Part shown: positions 50,543 through 63,988 of the stretch, one piece after another
Layout of the letters: each line of letters begins with the position of its first letter
Position numbering within the stretch: the first letter of the stretch is position 1
Assembly (NCBI GenBank): GCA_010015585.1
Contig: ML975168.1
Source of the DNA: Eremomyces bilateralis CBS 781.70
Lineage: Eukaryota
Direction: 5' to 3' (one strand)
Length of the DNA stretch: 64,000 bases
Notes under the pieces: model-generated
The model's database searches: none
The model's input: only the letters and a program-made list of their open reading frames with translations
What the model was told of the DNA's origin: nothing
Translations under genes and position numbers: made by a program

Positions 50543-53383
50543 TCACTTCAACCTCTCCACCTCCTCCACCCCAACAACCCTACATCTCTTCCCCGCCGCC
50601 TCACACACCTCCACCCTCACTCCCCCCTCCACCTCCTTCCCCACCCTCTCCACAACCCAACAATCCCCCACCATAACATTCCGATTCGCCCAACACCTCC
50701 TCACCTCCCTCTGCACCCCCTCACCCTCCCCTACCACACTCAGCCTCCCCACCCCCTCCCGCGCCATCACCACCGCCTCCAACAACGACGCAAACAACCC
50801 CGGATGCTGCATCGCCTCCGCCTCGAACGCCAGCAGCGTGCGCTTCGCCAGCCGGTCGTACCGGTTGGATTGCTGCGCGTGGGTGGACGGCGCGGGGTCG
50901 TGCGTGGAGCCGCGGCGGGCGGACACGCGGGTCAGCAGCGCGGAGAGGCGGAAGAGGTTTTGCGCGGTCATGCCGTTAGCGGAGGGCTCGGCGGTATCCA
51001 TACCGTCTTTAAGACGGAGGATGAGCTCGGAGGAGGGGGCGGTGGGGGTGCGGGTGAGGGAGGGGGGTTCGGTGAGGGAGGCGTGGCGGGAGGGAGAGGC
51101 GTCAGGGGCGTAGGTTGGGGAGGAAGGGGTGGGGGTGGAGGTGGTGGGAAAGGTGGACGTGAGGTAGGAGGGGTGGAAGAGGGAAGAGGGGTCGGGGGCG
51201 GAAGAGGGGGCAGAGGTGGCGAAGAAGCCTTCGTGGTGGGTGTCGTGGAAGAGGGAGATGTAGGTTTCTGGATCGATGTTAGCGGTCGGTTAGCATGGTT
51301 CGGTGGATAGCACATACCCATCAGGTCAGTCGCCCACTCAAGTATCCCGGCGTCGCCGGTCGTCTGGTGCAACTCGATCGATCCCCAGATCAAGTAAGTA
51401 TAGTCCTCCGCGAATCCTTCCGCATCGCCTCGTCGTCCGTCGCCCCAGCTTCTATACAACCGACCGCTGTCGTCTACCAAAGATTGTTTGAGGACGTTCG
51501 TCGCCTTGATTGCTGCTTGCTGTAACTTCGCGGCCAAGTCTGGCACGGAATCGGAAGCATCAATGGCTCGCGATGCCCTCGCTAAGGCTCCGATCGCCAA
51601 ACCATTCCATCCGGCTACGACCTTCTTGTCGACGTCCGGCCTTCCTCGTTCACTGCGATACACCCGTAATTTCTCCTTGCCCTCCGTGATCAATTTCTGT
51701 ACTTCCTCTTCCGATACGCTAAACTCCTCTGCGAGCTTCGTCGCGGGGACCTTGACTGCCAAGACGTTCAGGTCGCGGAACTCTTCCTCGCTGTCGAATT
51801 CTTCTGGGATATTGCCCGCATCGACAACGCCAAAATGGCGTGCCAATATCTCCGCATCCCGGCTATCCTCTCCGAAAACCTTGTTCAGCTCCCATTTGCC
51901 CCATAGATAGAACGCTCCCTCCCGCTTCGCCTGTTCGGTGGGATGTGCTGCCGAGTCTGCGTCCTCCGCCGAGTAGAACGCTCCTGCGACGGCTTCCTCT
52001 TTCGCCACTAGCGGCCCCTCAAGCAGATACGCGGCCAACCCCTTGACCGCGTCGAGATATCTCGCCTCTTTTGTCAACACCCACGCATCCGTGTATGTTG
52101 ACAACAGCAGCGCCTGATCATACAACATCTTCTCAAAATGTGGCACGTTCCAATCACGACTCACGCTGTATCGATGGAACCCTCCCTCCAACTGATCGCA
52201 CAGCGCCGACAAACTCAACGCATCCAGTGTCTGCAGCGCCATAGCCCGCGCTCTGGTGACCCCAGCCTCGCCGACCAAATCTTGTACCGGCTCCGACCAG
52301 ACACCCAGCCGTAGCAAGAACTGCAGATTGATCGGGGTGGGAAACTTCGGATTCGTGCCAAACCCGCCGAACGCATTGTCGAAGCGGCCCAAGAAGTGCT
52401 CATACGCCTCGTCCAGCAAATCGAGCTCAAGCATCTGCGCCGGATCGTCCTCGAACTCCACGAACTGCTCCGGCGGTGGCGCATGCGTCAGCGGCAGAAA
52501 CTCAATCTTCTCCTGTCCCGACACCGTCTCCGTCGCAGACGCCCCGCTCGCGCTCCCCGTGTTCGTGTTTGTCGAATCTGATCGATCGCTCTTGTTCAGC
52601 GCCTGCAGATTGATGAACGACTCGCGCCGCCCCTCCCGCGAGATCATGCCCTCGGCCGCGAAGTCGCTCAGCTGCTTGACGATGTGCCGCGCCGTCGCTT
52701 CGCAGCCTGCGCGGTCGGCATCCCAGACGGTTTTGAGGTGCTGGAGGATCGCGACAAAGGTCGGCGGCGCCACCGCGCCGCTGGCGGCACCGGTGTTCCC
52801 GGTGTCGGTCGGATCGGGTCGCTGGAACTTGCCGGCGTGTCTCGCGGTGCCGGAGGGGGCGGATGTGCCGCTGCGACCGCCTGCGCCGGCCCGACGGGGA
52901 GGGAAATAAGTGCCCCCAAAGATCGGCGCAAGGCTGGGGGTGAGGAACACGTTGAGCGGCCAGCCTCCGGTCGCAGTGGTTGCTTGCACGTAGTTCATGT
53001 AGATGCGATCGAGGTCGGGGCGGTCGTCACGGTCGACGATAATAGGGATGAACGAGTCGTTGAGGATGTTGACGGTTGGGGGGTCGCTGAAGGTTTCGGC
53101 AGCCATGACATGGCACCCTGAATGGAAGAGATAGTCAGTAAAGGTACTATTGTCGAATTATTCGCCGGAGTGAGCACGTACAATGACATGACGCATATCC
53201 AATACTAAGGAACACAAGTCGTCCGCTTGTTCGCACCAGCTCCAATGTCTTCGCATCCCAAAGCTGCCATGCCACCAGATCATTCTTATGGCTCTGGATG
53301 TATTGACTATTGCTCTCCGCGGCGCGATTCGCCAACTTCAACCCTCCCTCCACATTTTCAGCGCCGTCATGGGCGCTCGCCAT
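50543..53383 (-). CDS. SPATA20/YyaL (DUF255) thioredoxin + glycosidase-like protein, 3 exons
   Basis: FLSIGYASCH|WCHVM, VDRDDRPDLD, GGWPLNVFLTP, GGFGTNPKFP, PHFEKMLYDQA and DGMDTAEPSANG. Confidence 0.93.
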
Positions 53384-54569
53384 ATTCGCTTGTTCCCCTC
53401 GCGGGGTAACTAGGTCGGGATTGAAGGCGCGGGTCGAGGCAACAACGGCGGAGGATGGGTTTCCAAGGTGATGTATGCGGAATAAAGAGCGAATGGTATT
53501 GGGTATCGAGCTTCGTGCCGTCGGATATCGACTTTGTTGAATTTCTGTGCGGACGAAAAGAATCGGCAGGATGAATTGCTTATTGCTGCAATGGGTCCGG
53601 GTCGGGACAGGGCTGAGGATTGCGCCACTCAGCGAATACTCTGAATAGAGCTGAAGAAGCAAGGTACCTCGACAAAGCAATCACCACGTGGATAGCTTTG
53701 GAGAGTACGGAGTAAAGGTATATGATCTCTGACAAATCCGTTCCTTGGAAGAAATTGTCCTCCTGTTCGAGTTCTTTGCTGTCAAACTCTCGCAGACTGT
53801 CCCTAGCTCTAGCTCCCCAAGCCAACGGTGATGAAGAGATTGGAGATATCCGTATCTAGAGACCTCTAGCGGTAGCTCCGACCAAGGTGGAGTAACGGCT
53901 AATTATTACGTGCACTGGAGACTCAATTGGGGTAATCAGAGCTAAGAAGCGGGGAGGATCAACCCGTGAAAATTTTAAGCACGCGGTAATAGTGTCTGTG
54001 GTTCCGTCGTGAACCTTCGTTGCTACACCAGAAGTTTCAAGCCTAAGGATCACCGACAATCACTAGAATAGCTGATAACGAGAAGGTCTTTTTTCGCAAA
54101 TCGTCATGGAAAGACAAGGTTCTCTCATGCATATCGCTCAGAAACTCCGGGGCATTGGGGGATCATAGGGGGGAGTTTGATATCTCGCCCAGGGTCTGGT
54201 CGGTAGCAGCGAAAAATGCTCCCTAAATACCCCACTTTCTTTAAGTTCTTTGCACTCAAATGACTTGAAATCGGTTTTAAGCACGATGTCATTGGCTGTC
54301 GTCTGGGGGATACGACGTTTAGGTACATATCGTGCTGCAAAGTTTGATGGACTTCGTGCTTGCTTGATGTCATCACGACAGTGCACAACTCCTCCCTTTA
54401 TCATTCCACCACCCAATTCGTCCTGGTGTGAAATTCTTTCAATATCTGTTGACCCGCTGTCTTAAAAAGAGTATCATAATCGTGATGGGCAAGGAATCCC
54501 GTCACTGGTTTCCTAATCCTCGGCACCATCTGCTGTTGCGGCGTCTTGCAGCCATTCGTGCTGCAGCAA

Positions 54570-55990
54570 CTCTCATGCATCAGGTCTCTTCGCCAGATCC
54601 AAAGTGAGCATGACCTAGATGAGACCAAGGAATCGCATCCTATTTTCGCGTTCCTATCTATCCGTCTCTTCATCCACGGTAGCAGAAGCCACTCTTTCTT
54701 GGATGGATGGGTTGTCCGGAGTAAAACCCATGAGGAGTCAGTCATGATCCAACGAAATTCGTCAACACTGGGCTTCCCTTCCGAGTCGTAATATTTGGAT
54801 CTGTATAGAGATCGCCGCAAAGGAGCTTTCGGCATTGGACCACGCAATTGTCGCATAATGCGTAGATGGCCCTGAAGACTATACCCTGGTTGGAGTGTGT
54901 CTGAAGGTTTGAATATGGGCCGACCCATTGCCAGTTCCCAAGCCTCAAAGGCAAAAGTCAGCATCGCCCTTCTCATGGAACTGTTCGGGTTACCAAGACA
55001 CCAACGTTCTGGATATCAGCCTTATGATCCCATTTGGCGCCCAAAAGCACCTCCGGAGCGCGTTGCCAGTCCGGTGGGATGCAGTCCGCAGCGGGGGTAT
55101 CAAAGAATCTCGCTAAAATACATGTCAATGGCTCTGTGAACGGGAGGTTAACCACTCACCGGATCCAAAGTTTCCCAACCTCACTGACACTGACTTCGGC
55201 TCCGTATCCTCCCGGACCAAAGCACATCGCTCAATCTCCTTGATGGATTGGCCGAGGGATGGAGGGCCTTTAACCTTCTCTAACATCCCAGGCAGATCAT
55301 TCTCTACGACGAGCTTCGTCGAAATAGTCTCAATAACAGTCTCAATGAGGACATTCGATAGTTGTGATATCTACAACTAGCGTCCACATCAGTCAGCGAA
55401 TTCCCCACTTCGATCACCTAGAAAACTGACCCCTCACGGATAACCTGTCCAGAATCATGAAGGAAGCTCAATGCAAGCAACATCTCCTTCACAATCCCTT
55501 TGAGGATCGGAAGCGGAATTTATGTCTTTCGAATCGCGTACGATACGTCACCAATGATTAACCCATACTGTTGAACACCAAGCATCTCTATTTCCCCGAT
55601 CTGCCCTTGGTACTGGAAATGATCCCGCAAGTGGACAATGCGGTCGCTATCTGGCATCTATCCTTCCGGTTCAATTCAGTTGAGATGTTGCATGATCTTC
55701 ACCTCACTGGACTTGGTCCACCCGGCAGAATGGTCGGTCGATAGGAACTTGAGTGCGACATGTCGGCCCTCCCTGGACAGTGCTAGTCAACCATGTCTTT
55801 CACTGAGCCGAAGGAATCCGCGGCATCAGATTTACTGGGTATCTCGGCCAAACCAGGCAGTGGAGACGAATCCCCATCCAAGGTTATCATCGACGTATCT
55901 CCTACCCTTGAACGCATCACCGATCCCACTGAGTGATCTGCTCCCGGCCGATATTTGGACAAGACCTTTCCGCCACCGAACTTAGAAGTA
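54570..55990 (-). pseudogene. SRPK-like (CMGC) protein kinase pseudogene
   Basis: IGDAFKGRRY..LGWGFVSTAWFGRD, RHVALK and RAPEVLLGAKWDHKADI fragments occur in different frames, with stops. Confidence 0.75.
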
Positions 55991-57642
55991 GAACCAATAA
56001 CAGCTTTTCCACCAGTTCTAGGTAAAGGCGACCATCCCAGGTTGAGCTTTGTTAGTTTCCAGTCAATTTCTTAGTTGTTAAACATTTCGACAAAACGCGC
56101 CAGCTCCATGACGGGGCGCTCGTCCTCGTCACCTAGGTCGGTGACGCAGCCCTTTCTAAAGGAGGATTTGAGAGGGTGCATGTTTCTGGTCGAATTATGG
56201 TCAGATTATCAAAGGCGTGTTTGCGCCTGGTAGTGTGAGTTTTGTTGGTTTTTCGAGGAACATGTGAGTGGGAGGTTTCAGTGCGAGTTATCAGGGGTTT
56301 ACAGAGACGGGTGCTGATGCTGAGATCCTTTCCTCGCACGAGGACACTATAGAGATGAAATATTCACGTGGTTTAAGCAAGTATATATACCACAGGCGTG
56401 TCAATTCCAATCTGATACGATCTTCATGTCAAAGTCGAGGCCTTCTCGGTTATTTGAAGACGTTGGCTGACTGTTTGGTAAACAACCTTCTATTTCTCCT
56501 GTCCTACACCCATTCCATGGGTCGTAAAAATGACTGAAGCTCTACTCTAGATTTGAACAAGCAGATGAAATCATACAAAGAGCGGATGCATCGGTATAAT
56601 TTCTGTTGAATTCTAGCTGCTCGAGTCCTTTTGAGGGCCAGAGTCCTTTTAGAGGCAACCAAATATACTAAAGTGACCACAGAGCTTCATTGGACAAACT
56701 GATCAGTACTGACTTAGTAAAGTACCGCTATATTCATCTCCCACAATCACTCCGTCCGATGAAGGAGTTTTATCCCGCATACCTGTCCTACCTGGAACGC
56801 CAGCTGGAGAATAGGAAGGACCCAAACTCCGCGTAGCCAGATCTCAACTATGATCCGCTGGATACAGATATAAACAGACTAAGGGAAGCTTGGTGGTATT
56901 CGGACGTAAATGATATCAAGTTAATTCGCGGCTTATCGCGCGCTTCTTGCAAATATAGCACATATGCCATAATTACGAATAGTTCTTGCGTGATAAATCC
57001 ATCCAAATCTAAGAAAGCGCTGGGACTTGTATGTCAAAAAGAATTGCCGCAAGCGGAGTTCGAAATCGTGGCCTTGTAAGTACGGATATTAGTTTACATA
57101 AACACTCGATGTACCTTTTGCAACCCGACACCAGTAAGTTGTATGTCCATCAAAACAACAAAAACTTGCCCCACCTTCTTGGGTACGCAAAGAAAGTCAA
57201 CCATCTCGCAGGCCTCAGGTGTCTGTTCCGTAGGACTGGTATCATTTTTTCAGCTGTACTTGATCCGCATCAGTCGTTAAACCAACATGACCATTTCCAC
57301 TGAGAGTTCAAGTTGCCAGGCGTAAATATATACTGCCTTTAAATGTGATAGGACACGCTCATAGTTAAACACAACACCCTATTATAGCTGGCGTGAATTA
57401 GTGTCCATTTGATTTGGAGTTCGATGGTGGAGGATCATGGATGTCGCGGTGGTTCAAGCATCGTCAGAGGCGATCACAAATCAAGCAAAAGGATAGTACT
57501 GGACGCGACGGTGACAAGATAGAGCACTTCACGACAACATGAAGGGAAGAACCGCAAATGGCCCAGATATAACGCGCCTCGGTGAGCATTAACTCAATAT
57601 ACAAATGCTAGACAACGACAGTATCAACGCTATGCATGATGT

Positions 57643-60451
57643 TCAAATATCGTCATCGTCATCATTGGCCCTCCTGCCCTGGCTATTCAACGTATCCAAG
57701 CTGATGTTATCCGCATCTTTTCGTCGGGATTCGCCACTCATGGCCATCGCCTGCCTCCCCGCGTCCGACTGCTCGAGGAACTCCCGCAATTTCTCCTTGC
57801 CGATCTCGAGGGCTTGCTGTGAAGCAGCGTTGGTCATGCGGATCATAGGGCCCCAGAGGTTGAGGGTGTAGGTAACGTATGCGCCGACTATGGAGAGGAT
57901 TAGGAGGATGAACAGGGCAGGGTTTCGTAGCACTAGAGAAAGGTTAGCGGGTGAGTAGAGAATCATCTCGAAGAGCGACATACCAGCAACGATCTCGTTC
58001 CAACCCAGCGCCAGCAAAATCCCATAGAAATACAATGGCACCTGAGTAATCCCTCCAATGGCACTTCGCTTCGCCTCCACATACACTCCATCCGCCGTCT
58101 TCTTAAACCGCACCGTCAGATCTTGAATCTTCACATCGCTCAACACAGTCATCTCTTCCTCCAGACTCGTGCCTTCCTCCTCATCCACCCCGCCAATCGG
58201 AGCGAGGTCCTCTTCGTCCGCTGGCGTCATCGCCTGCGGTGCGTTCCCGATCCACTCTTCTAGCGGTGGCGGCGAGTTCGTCGCGAGCAGTTTAAAGCGC
58301 GCGAGTAGCGGGATGAGCGTAAGCGTCGACTCGCGGGCGCGGGTATACAGCCCTTCGATATCGTCCGTCGGCCGCCAGATGCGCGGTACGCCCTCGTCGT
58401 CGTACCGGAACTTGTCCTCGAAGTTTTCGCGCAGTTTCAAGAGTAGATTACCCTCCATCAGCTCTTCCTCGATCTTGTCCTGCAATACGCCCCACGATTT
58501 CCTTCGCAATCGCCACAGCCCGACCTCCACTTCTTCCGGGCTGGCGTCGAAACTCTTGGCGCGGTCGCTGAACCGGGACTCCGCGTGCGCGACGATGTCG
58601 ACGAACGTCTTCCACACCCGATCCCACAAGTCCCGCTCATCCGCCGGCTTCTCACCCTCAGCCGGTGCGCCGGAGCCACCGCGTCCGGAGCCCAATTTAT
58701 TGAACTCCAGCCCCACAGCTTCTCCAACTCGTGACTTAACCCATCGCTCGACCCGAGTCGCCAGTCGGCGCATCTCCTCGCCCCTGAGCCGCTTGCTAGC
58801 GTCGTCCAGCTCTTTTTTCAACAGCACCAGTTCCTCATCGAACGAACTCCAGTCAGCGCCCTCGATGGCCGTCGCCGTCGCGACGGACACGAACAATTCA
58901 AGCGCCGCTTGCTTCTTATTGTCAACGATCTCCGCAAAGTCATACACGCCGCCTTTCTTCTGATTGAGCTTGACTTCTTGGCTGACGCCCTCGCTAAAGC
59001 CGCGGATAGAGTCTCGATGCGCGGCGTCCAATTGTCCTTTTACCAACACTTTCAGGCGCGAGTCGATCTTGTCTTCCAACTCCACCGTCTTGCGCGCGAA
59101 GACGCCCTTGTGGTACCGGCTGGCCTTCTCGGTGAAGCTTGCGATGGTGGTGGCGCGGGCCTTGTTGATCCCCTTGCCCAGATCCGAGACGACGACAGGC
59201 GTCCCGACACGCGCTCCTTCGGCCTGTTTCCGTTCAAACGGCATGATCACCTCGTCGAACTCCTCGAGCACCTCGCGTGAAATCTCATCGCAGCGGAACT
59301 GCGCGAGTAACTCCTGCTGCGTGGGTAGGTCGAGATCCTTATTGCTGTTGATCTGATCCCATACGCTTTGCGCATATATCGGAAATCCGTCGGCGGGAAT
59401 GCGTCGGTGGTACTGCGGTAATAGAATCGGTTCATCTTCGTTCTCCAGAAATTTAGGCTGGGATTTATTGGGATCCTTATAGCCCTCCTTGAATCGCTTT
59501 CCTAGCTTGTCGATCGAAGCTACGAAAGCATCGGGTTGGAGGATCTTGTGGGGCAGTGCGACGAAGGCGAAGTCGAAGTAGTCATCGATGGTAGAAATTT
59601 CGAGACCTGGTGGTTTGTTGATGGTTGACCATAATCGCGACAGGTCTTGTAGGAGGGTGTTTCGAAGGTTGGCAAGGGGTGTGTGTCCTAAATGGTCGCG
59701 GATGACGAAGAATAGCAGCGATCGGGGTATGGATCTGCCAGAGAGTTAGCAACAACCGTTTGAAAGGCACCGGGTACTCACTCTCTATCCTTAACAAACA
59801 ACTGAAGATTGACTTCGAACACGGTCTTCAACAGCCCCATGTTTGCACCTTGATAAAGCCCGACCTGGTGTTCCCATATGTTGACAATCAGCACCTCGCT
59901 GGTAGCCAAAGCAAAAAGGGCGGCTTTCCGCTCAAAGTCTTGATCTTCGCCTCGTTCTCTACCATCGGTCCCTTCGACATCCATGACGAGGATATTCTCT
60001 GCCATGGATCGTTGGTTTGAGTTGTCCTTTGCACCATCTTTCTTATTCTTCGATAGCCAAATACCCTTCGTTGTCTGCTTCCGTTCCTCCTCTGACATCA
60101 CCCCAAACTGGGTGCCAAACAAGTGGTTGAGCAACGTCGATTTGCCAGTCGATTGTGAACCAAAGACAGATATCAAATGGTAGTTGAATCCAGCTGGTAT
60201 GATGTTTTCGATGGCAAGGTATGTTCCAAGTTTCGAGCTGGGGGACTCAATTAGCACAATCCGCCGTGTCCTCGCTTCGCGGCGATTACATACTTGAAAG
60301 TTTTGTCCTCGTCTATCACTTGGACGCCATGCTCGTACTGCTCCGGCGTCGCCGCCTCGTTGGATGCGAAATGGCCATTCATGATGACTGAGGGTGCCGA
60401 CGGAGTAGGGACGGCACTTGGACGCCGTCCATTTCTGGCCGGGCTCGCCAT
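57643..60451 (-). CDS. SEY1: Sey1/RHD3 dynamin-like ER-fusion GTPase, 4 exons
   Basis: [55 protein letters not shown] and LGWNE. Confidence 0.97.
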
Positions 60452-60771
60452 GGTTCAAAAATTTGAACCTAGTTGGTACAGAGCACAAGTATCCGTAACT
60501 GTTCGATAATCTATGGTTGTGCCAAGCTGTGTAGTGGCTAGAAGGGGGTAAGATACAAGATGCGGTTGTCCAAATGTATGATGTTTGTGAACACCAATTC
60601 ATAAACGAGTATTAGCAAAGTAGACGTGGATGTCCAGAAGATAAAGGGAATGGTCATAAAGGAAATCCAACTGCCTGATGTGTCGTTTCGGCCACAGCGG
60701 ATGTTCTTACATCGAGCACATGCATCCTCCAGGATTCCAGGTCATCCGAGTCCAGAGTGTGATCATCAACA

Positions 60772-60830
60772 TGTGGCTGGTAGTAGTTGACTGTGGCTGG
60801 TAGTAGTTGACTGTGGCTGGTGATGATGAC
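60772..60830 (+). repeat. 20-bp tandem repeat (TGTGGCTGGTAGTAGTTGAC), 2 exact copies plus 1 degenerate
   Basis: Read directly, ~320 bp upstream of the SEY1 start. Confidence 0.85.
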
Positions 60831-61281
60831 ACACCTGCAGACCGTTGCAGCCTGCCAGCCTCACGGCCTGACCTGGACGATCACGGATTCCTCAAGGTAA
60901 GCCAGAGTCCATTAACGTCACCTAATCTTCGCACTGCATTCAGAGTTAACCATATTTCATCATAAAACGACAGGTATCTGGCCTTGATATTCTAAAATGA
61001 CATTCATTTTGGTGCATATTGATATAATAGCACCACACCTGTGAGTACTGTGTCGTAAAGCATCTTCAATTCCGTCCATGTACCTGATATTATCTCCAAG
61101 TCCATTTCATCTTGATCGATGCCGAGCGCGAGGCTCCTTTTATTCTCCTGCGTGTGAAAATGTTGTCAATTTTCGAGCATATATATTATCATTACTTTCG
61201 AGGTTCCTCAGAAATCATCACATTTTATGGCCTGCTACTGTCCCATCCGATGGCCTCTGTGGTCATGGACAGCGACTATTC

Positions 61282-62281
61282 CTAGACACAGATTCCAACG
61301 CACTCGCCATCATCGTTACCCGACACGAAGCAATACTCCGAATCGTCAACACAGAACTGGTTCCGCGGGCAGCTAACTCCATCAGACCCACCACAGGTCG
61401 TCCGAGGTTCGACACAGACAAACGACTGCGCGCACTGAGCACCACACGGGCTCCTGGGGTTCCTGACACAGTATTCGCCGGATCGACAGTTGGAGCTATC
61501 CTCTTGACAGTACCGATATACGGTAGGTGCCTCCGAACCACCAGAACTACCCCCTGAGGTGGGTGGTGTGGGTGGTTTGGGGATGCAGACCCCCTGGCAT
61601 TGGCTTCCAGTGCAGCTATCCTGAATCGATTGACAGATTTTGTTGGAGTCGCAAGAATCATGGCCCGGTCCACAGGGCGGGAATGCGCTGTCGCTGGCCG
61701 TTGGACCTTCGCTGCCGCAGGTCTGGTGGGCTGTCAGTGCTGAAGTTTTGATGCTCACAAAGACCAGTGTTGACTTACATTCACTATGGGGAAAGGGCAT
61801 CGATACTCGGCCTGCGCGTAACATTGGAGCTTAAGGGTGTTCTCGCACTGGCACTTAAGCGAGCCCTGTTGTTGGGGGCGTTAGCTTGCTCTTCACCCAC
61901 ACAAGATCGCTCCAGGACACAACGTACGCTAAGGGCCGAGCAGGCGCTGACGTTGCAGCGGTTATTACACGACTGCGACTGGCCGTCTCCAAGCAAAGAG
62001 TCGCCAATCTGGCCTCCGATATTTCCGCCCACAAGGCAACCGAGTCCTCCAAACACTTTGCATCCGATCATGGTGCCAACAGCGGTTCCCACGCTTTCTC
62101 CAAAAAGACCACCAATACTATCGTCGCCGTTGTTCCAGTTCCAACCACTGGTCCCCCAGGTATTGCCAATGTTGCCCCATCGGCTCCATCCACCCAACTG
62201 CCACCCCGATTGGGGTATGGGCTCAGGGAGAGCAAGAACAAGTGGCACCAGGCCAGAGACTGAAAGAGCCGTGGTCTTCAT
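61282..62281 (-). CDS. Secreted cysteine-rich protein, ~293 aa; exons 62281-61928, 61865-61779, 61722-61282
   Basis: Signal peptide MKTTALSVSGLVPLVLA. Two GT..CT(A/G)AC..CAG introns join three segments into one Cys-rich ORF. Confidence 0.8.
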
Positions 62282-63721
62282 GATTTCAGGTATTGCAGAT
62301 TTTGGAACTAGAACGAGGGACAGGTTTCCTGTCTCTCCGAAGTTGGGTTTCTCCCCTTTTCTTATACTGGCTGTACAAATGAAAGCATGGGTCTGCTCAT
62401 CATAGGGGTAGGCTCGTTCTAGAGGTGCCCACCGTATTTCGGTAATTCCTAGAATACGGGGAAGTTCATTTCGATTAAGTATTTCTTATGCCAAAGAAGG
62501 GCAAGTCCACGGTGTGTTACGTTAGCTATATTATGGCTACGCAGGTGAGTCTATATCTCCGAGCATTGTCATTGGTTTCCGGCCTTCGATATACGACCAA
62601 CTCTTTCTTACCCCCGTCTACCAACCAGCCTAACCGTACATGACCAAAGCTCTGGTTAGGGTTGCTGCAATACTGCCCTCCTCTGTACCTATGTAGATGT
62701 ATTCTCATTCGGCGACACTGCTCGGTTAGTAAATGCGAAATACTAATTGGGACGAGGCACGACCTATTTTGGAGTCTGGGCCCTATAGCAATGTAGTTAC
62801 TTGGGCGGCAGTTGGCCAAAGCGAAACCGGAATATTAACTAGCCAGTCGCCTGCAGTTCTGTAAATGTACGCAATAAATTAGATTAGGTCTAAACCGAGA
62901 AATCAATATATATTCACGAAAACGCACGGACGCCAGCATCAACAACATTCAAAGTCCAGTTCCGCTTCAATTACCCTATCATCAATGTCTGCGAAAATTT
63001 GGTCTCCTCACCTCAGTGGTGACGTCTGTGGATGCAGTTGAGTCTACTCAGTTATCGATTCAGCCACACGTTGGTCAATTGCTCGTTCATTTCCCGCGGC
63101 TTCAATAAACTTCAAACGTCTGATCTCACTGGGCGGCACTGGCTATACATCTCGCTATATGGTTTACATATTAAGGCGATGGAGCATGGTTCGCGACCAA
63201 ATCCAGAGAGCTGGCACTGGGAAAGGTCGTCCCTATTTAACAACCGGTCAAGTGGTGGCCAGGAGGCGAAGCCTCCTGAGGGAGCGTTCCGATGTCAGCC
63301 GAAGAGTTTTGATGGTAGGATGGAATGCAATCCGTGCTAGAGCGATATGTGATCGCAGTGGGTGTTGGGCAGTTCGGTATACTGACCGTCTGCGAGCGTT
63401 TCATTTCTATGGAATGGGTGCTTGTCTGGTTTGAGCTCATGGAAGCAATCCCAATGGCTGAAGGTTCGTGATCTCAATATCTCAAATCAGAGCATCCGGG
63501 GTGGATGAATTTAACGGTTCTGAAGCATGCCTTTAAGTCGAGATGGCTTGATCGTAGCTCGTTACTGTCCCCACAGCAACTGCTTTATGCTGTTGATTAA
63601 CCACAGCGGCTCCTTAAAGGAAAATTGGCTCAAATTATTGATACCTGACGTACATTGCACCTGTGGAATATGCAATTGAACTTTCTGTTCCAAGGCCAAA
63701 TCCCCAAAGAATATCTGCATA

Positions 63722-63988
63722 TCAAGTCTCTTTTCGATAGCGTTGGGGTAATAAGCGCATCACAATTGATTCCAGCGCATCAAATGCCTTGGATATCAAT
63801 GCTCTCGAGTGGATTTCGTCGATTCGACATAGATGTGCATCTAAATTCAGGATAAGGGGCGCAGGCTTGTCCTCCAGCAACGTCTGCATTATATTTTGTA
63901 GGTCTTCCAAGGCTATTCGCACCGCGCCTTCTCGGTCATTTAGAGTGAGGTCAAAACCTTCCGGGACGTCCTTCTTTGTGGTGCTCAT
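63722..63988 (-). other. Short ORF of unknown function, possibly first exon or pseudogene
   Basis: ATG-initiated 88-aa ORF with protein-like composition; no family recognised. Confidence 0.25.

Noticed and set aside
50498..51310. 270-aa His/Pro/Gly-rich + strand ORF
   Set aside because: Antisense shadow of the compositionally skewed last exon of the SPATA20-like gene.
58169..59356. Long + strand ORFs over SEY1, and similar antisense ORFs over CSE1, gnd and others
   Set aside because: GC-rich antisense frames with no recognisable motifs.
60772..60830. 20-bp repeats as a CRISPR-like array
   Set aside because: Abutting tandem copies with no spacers, in a eukaryotic context.
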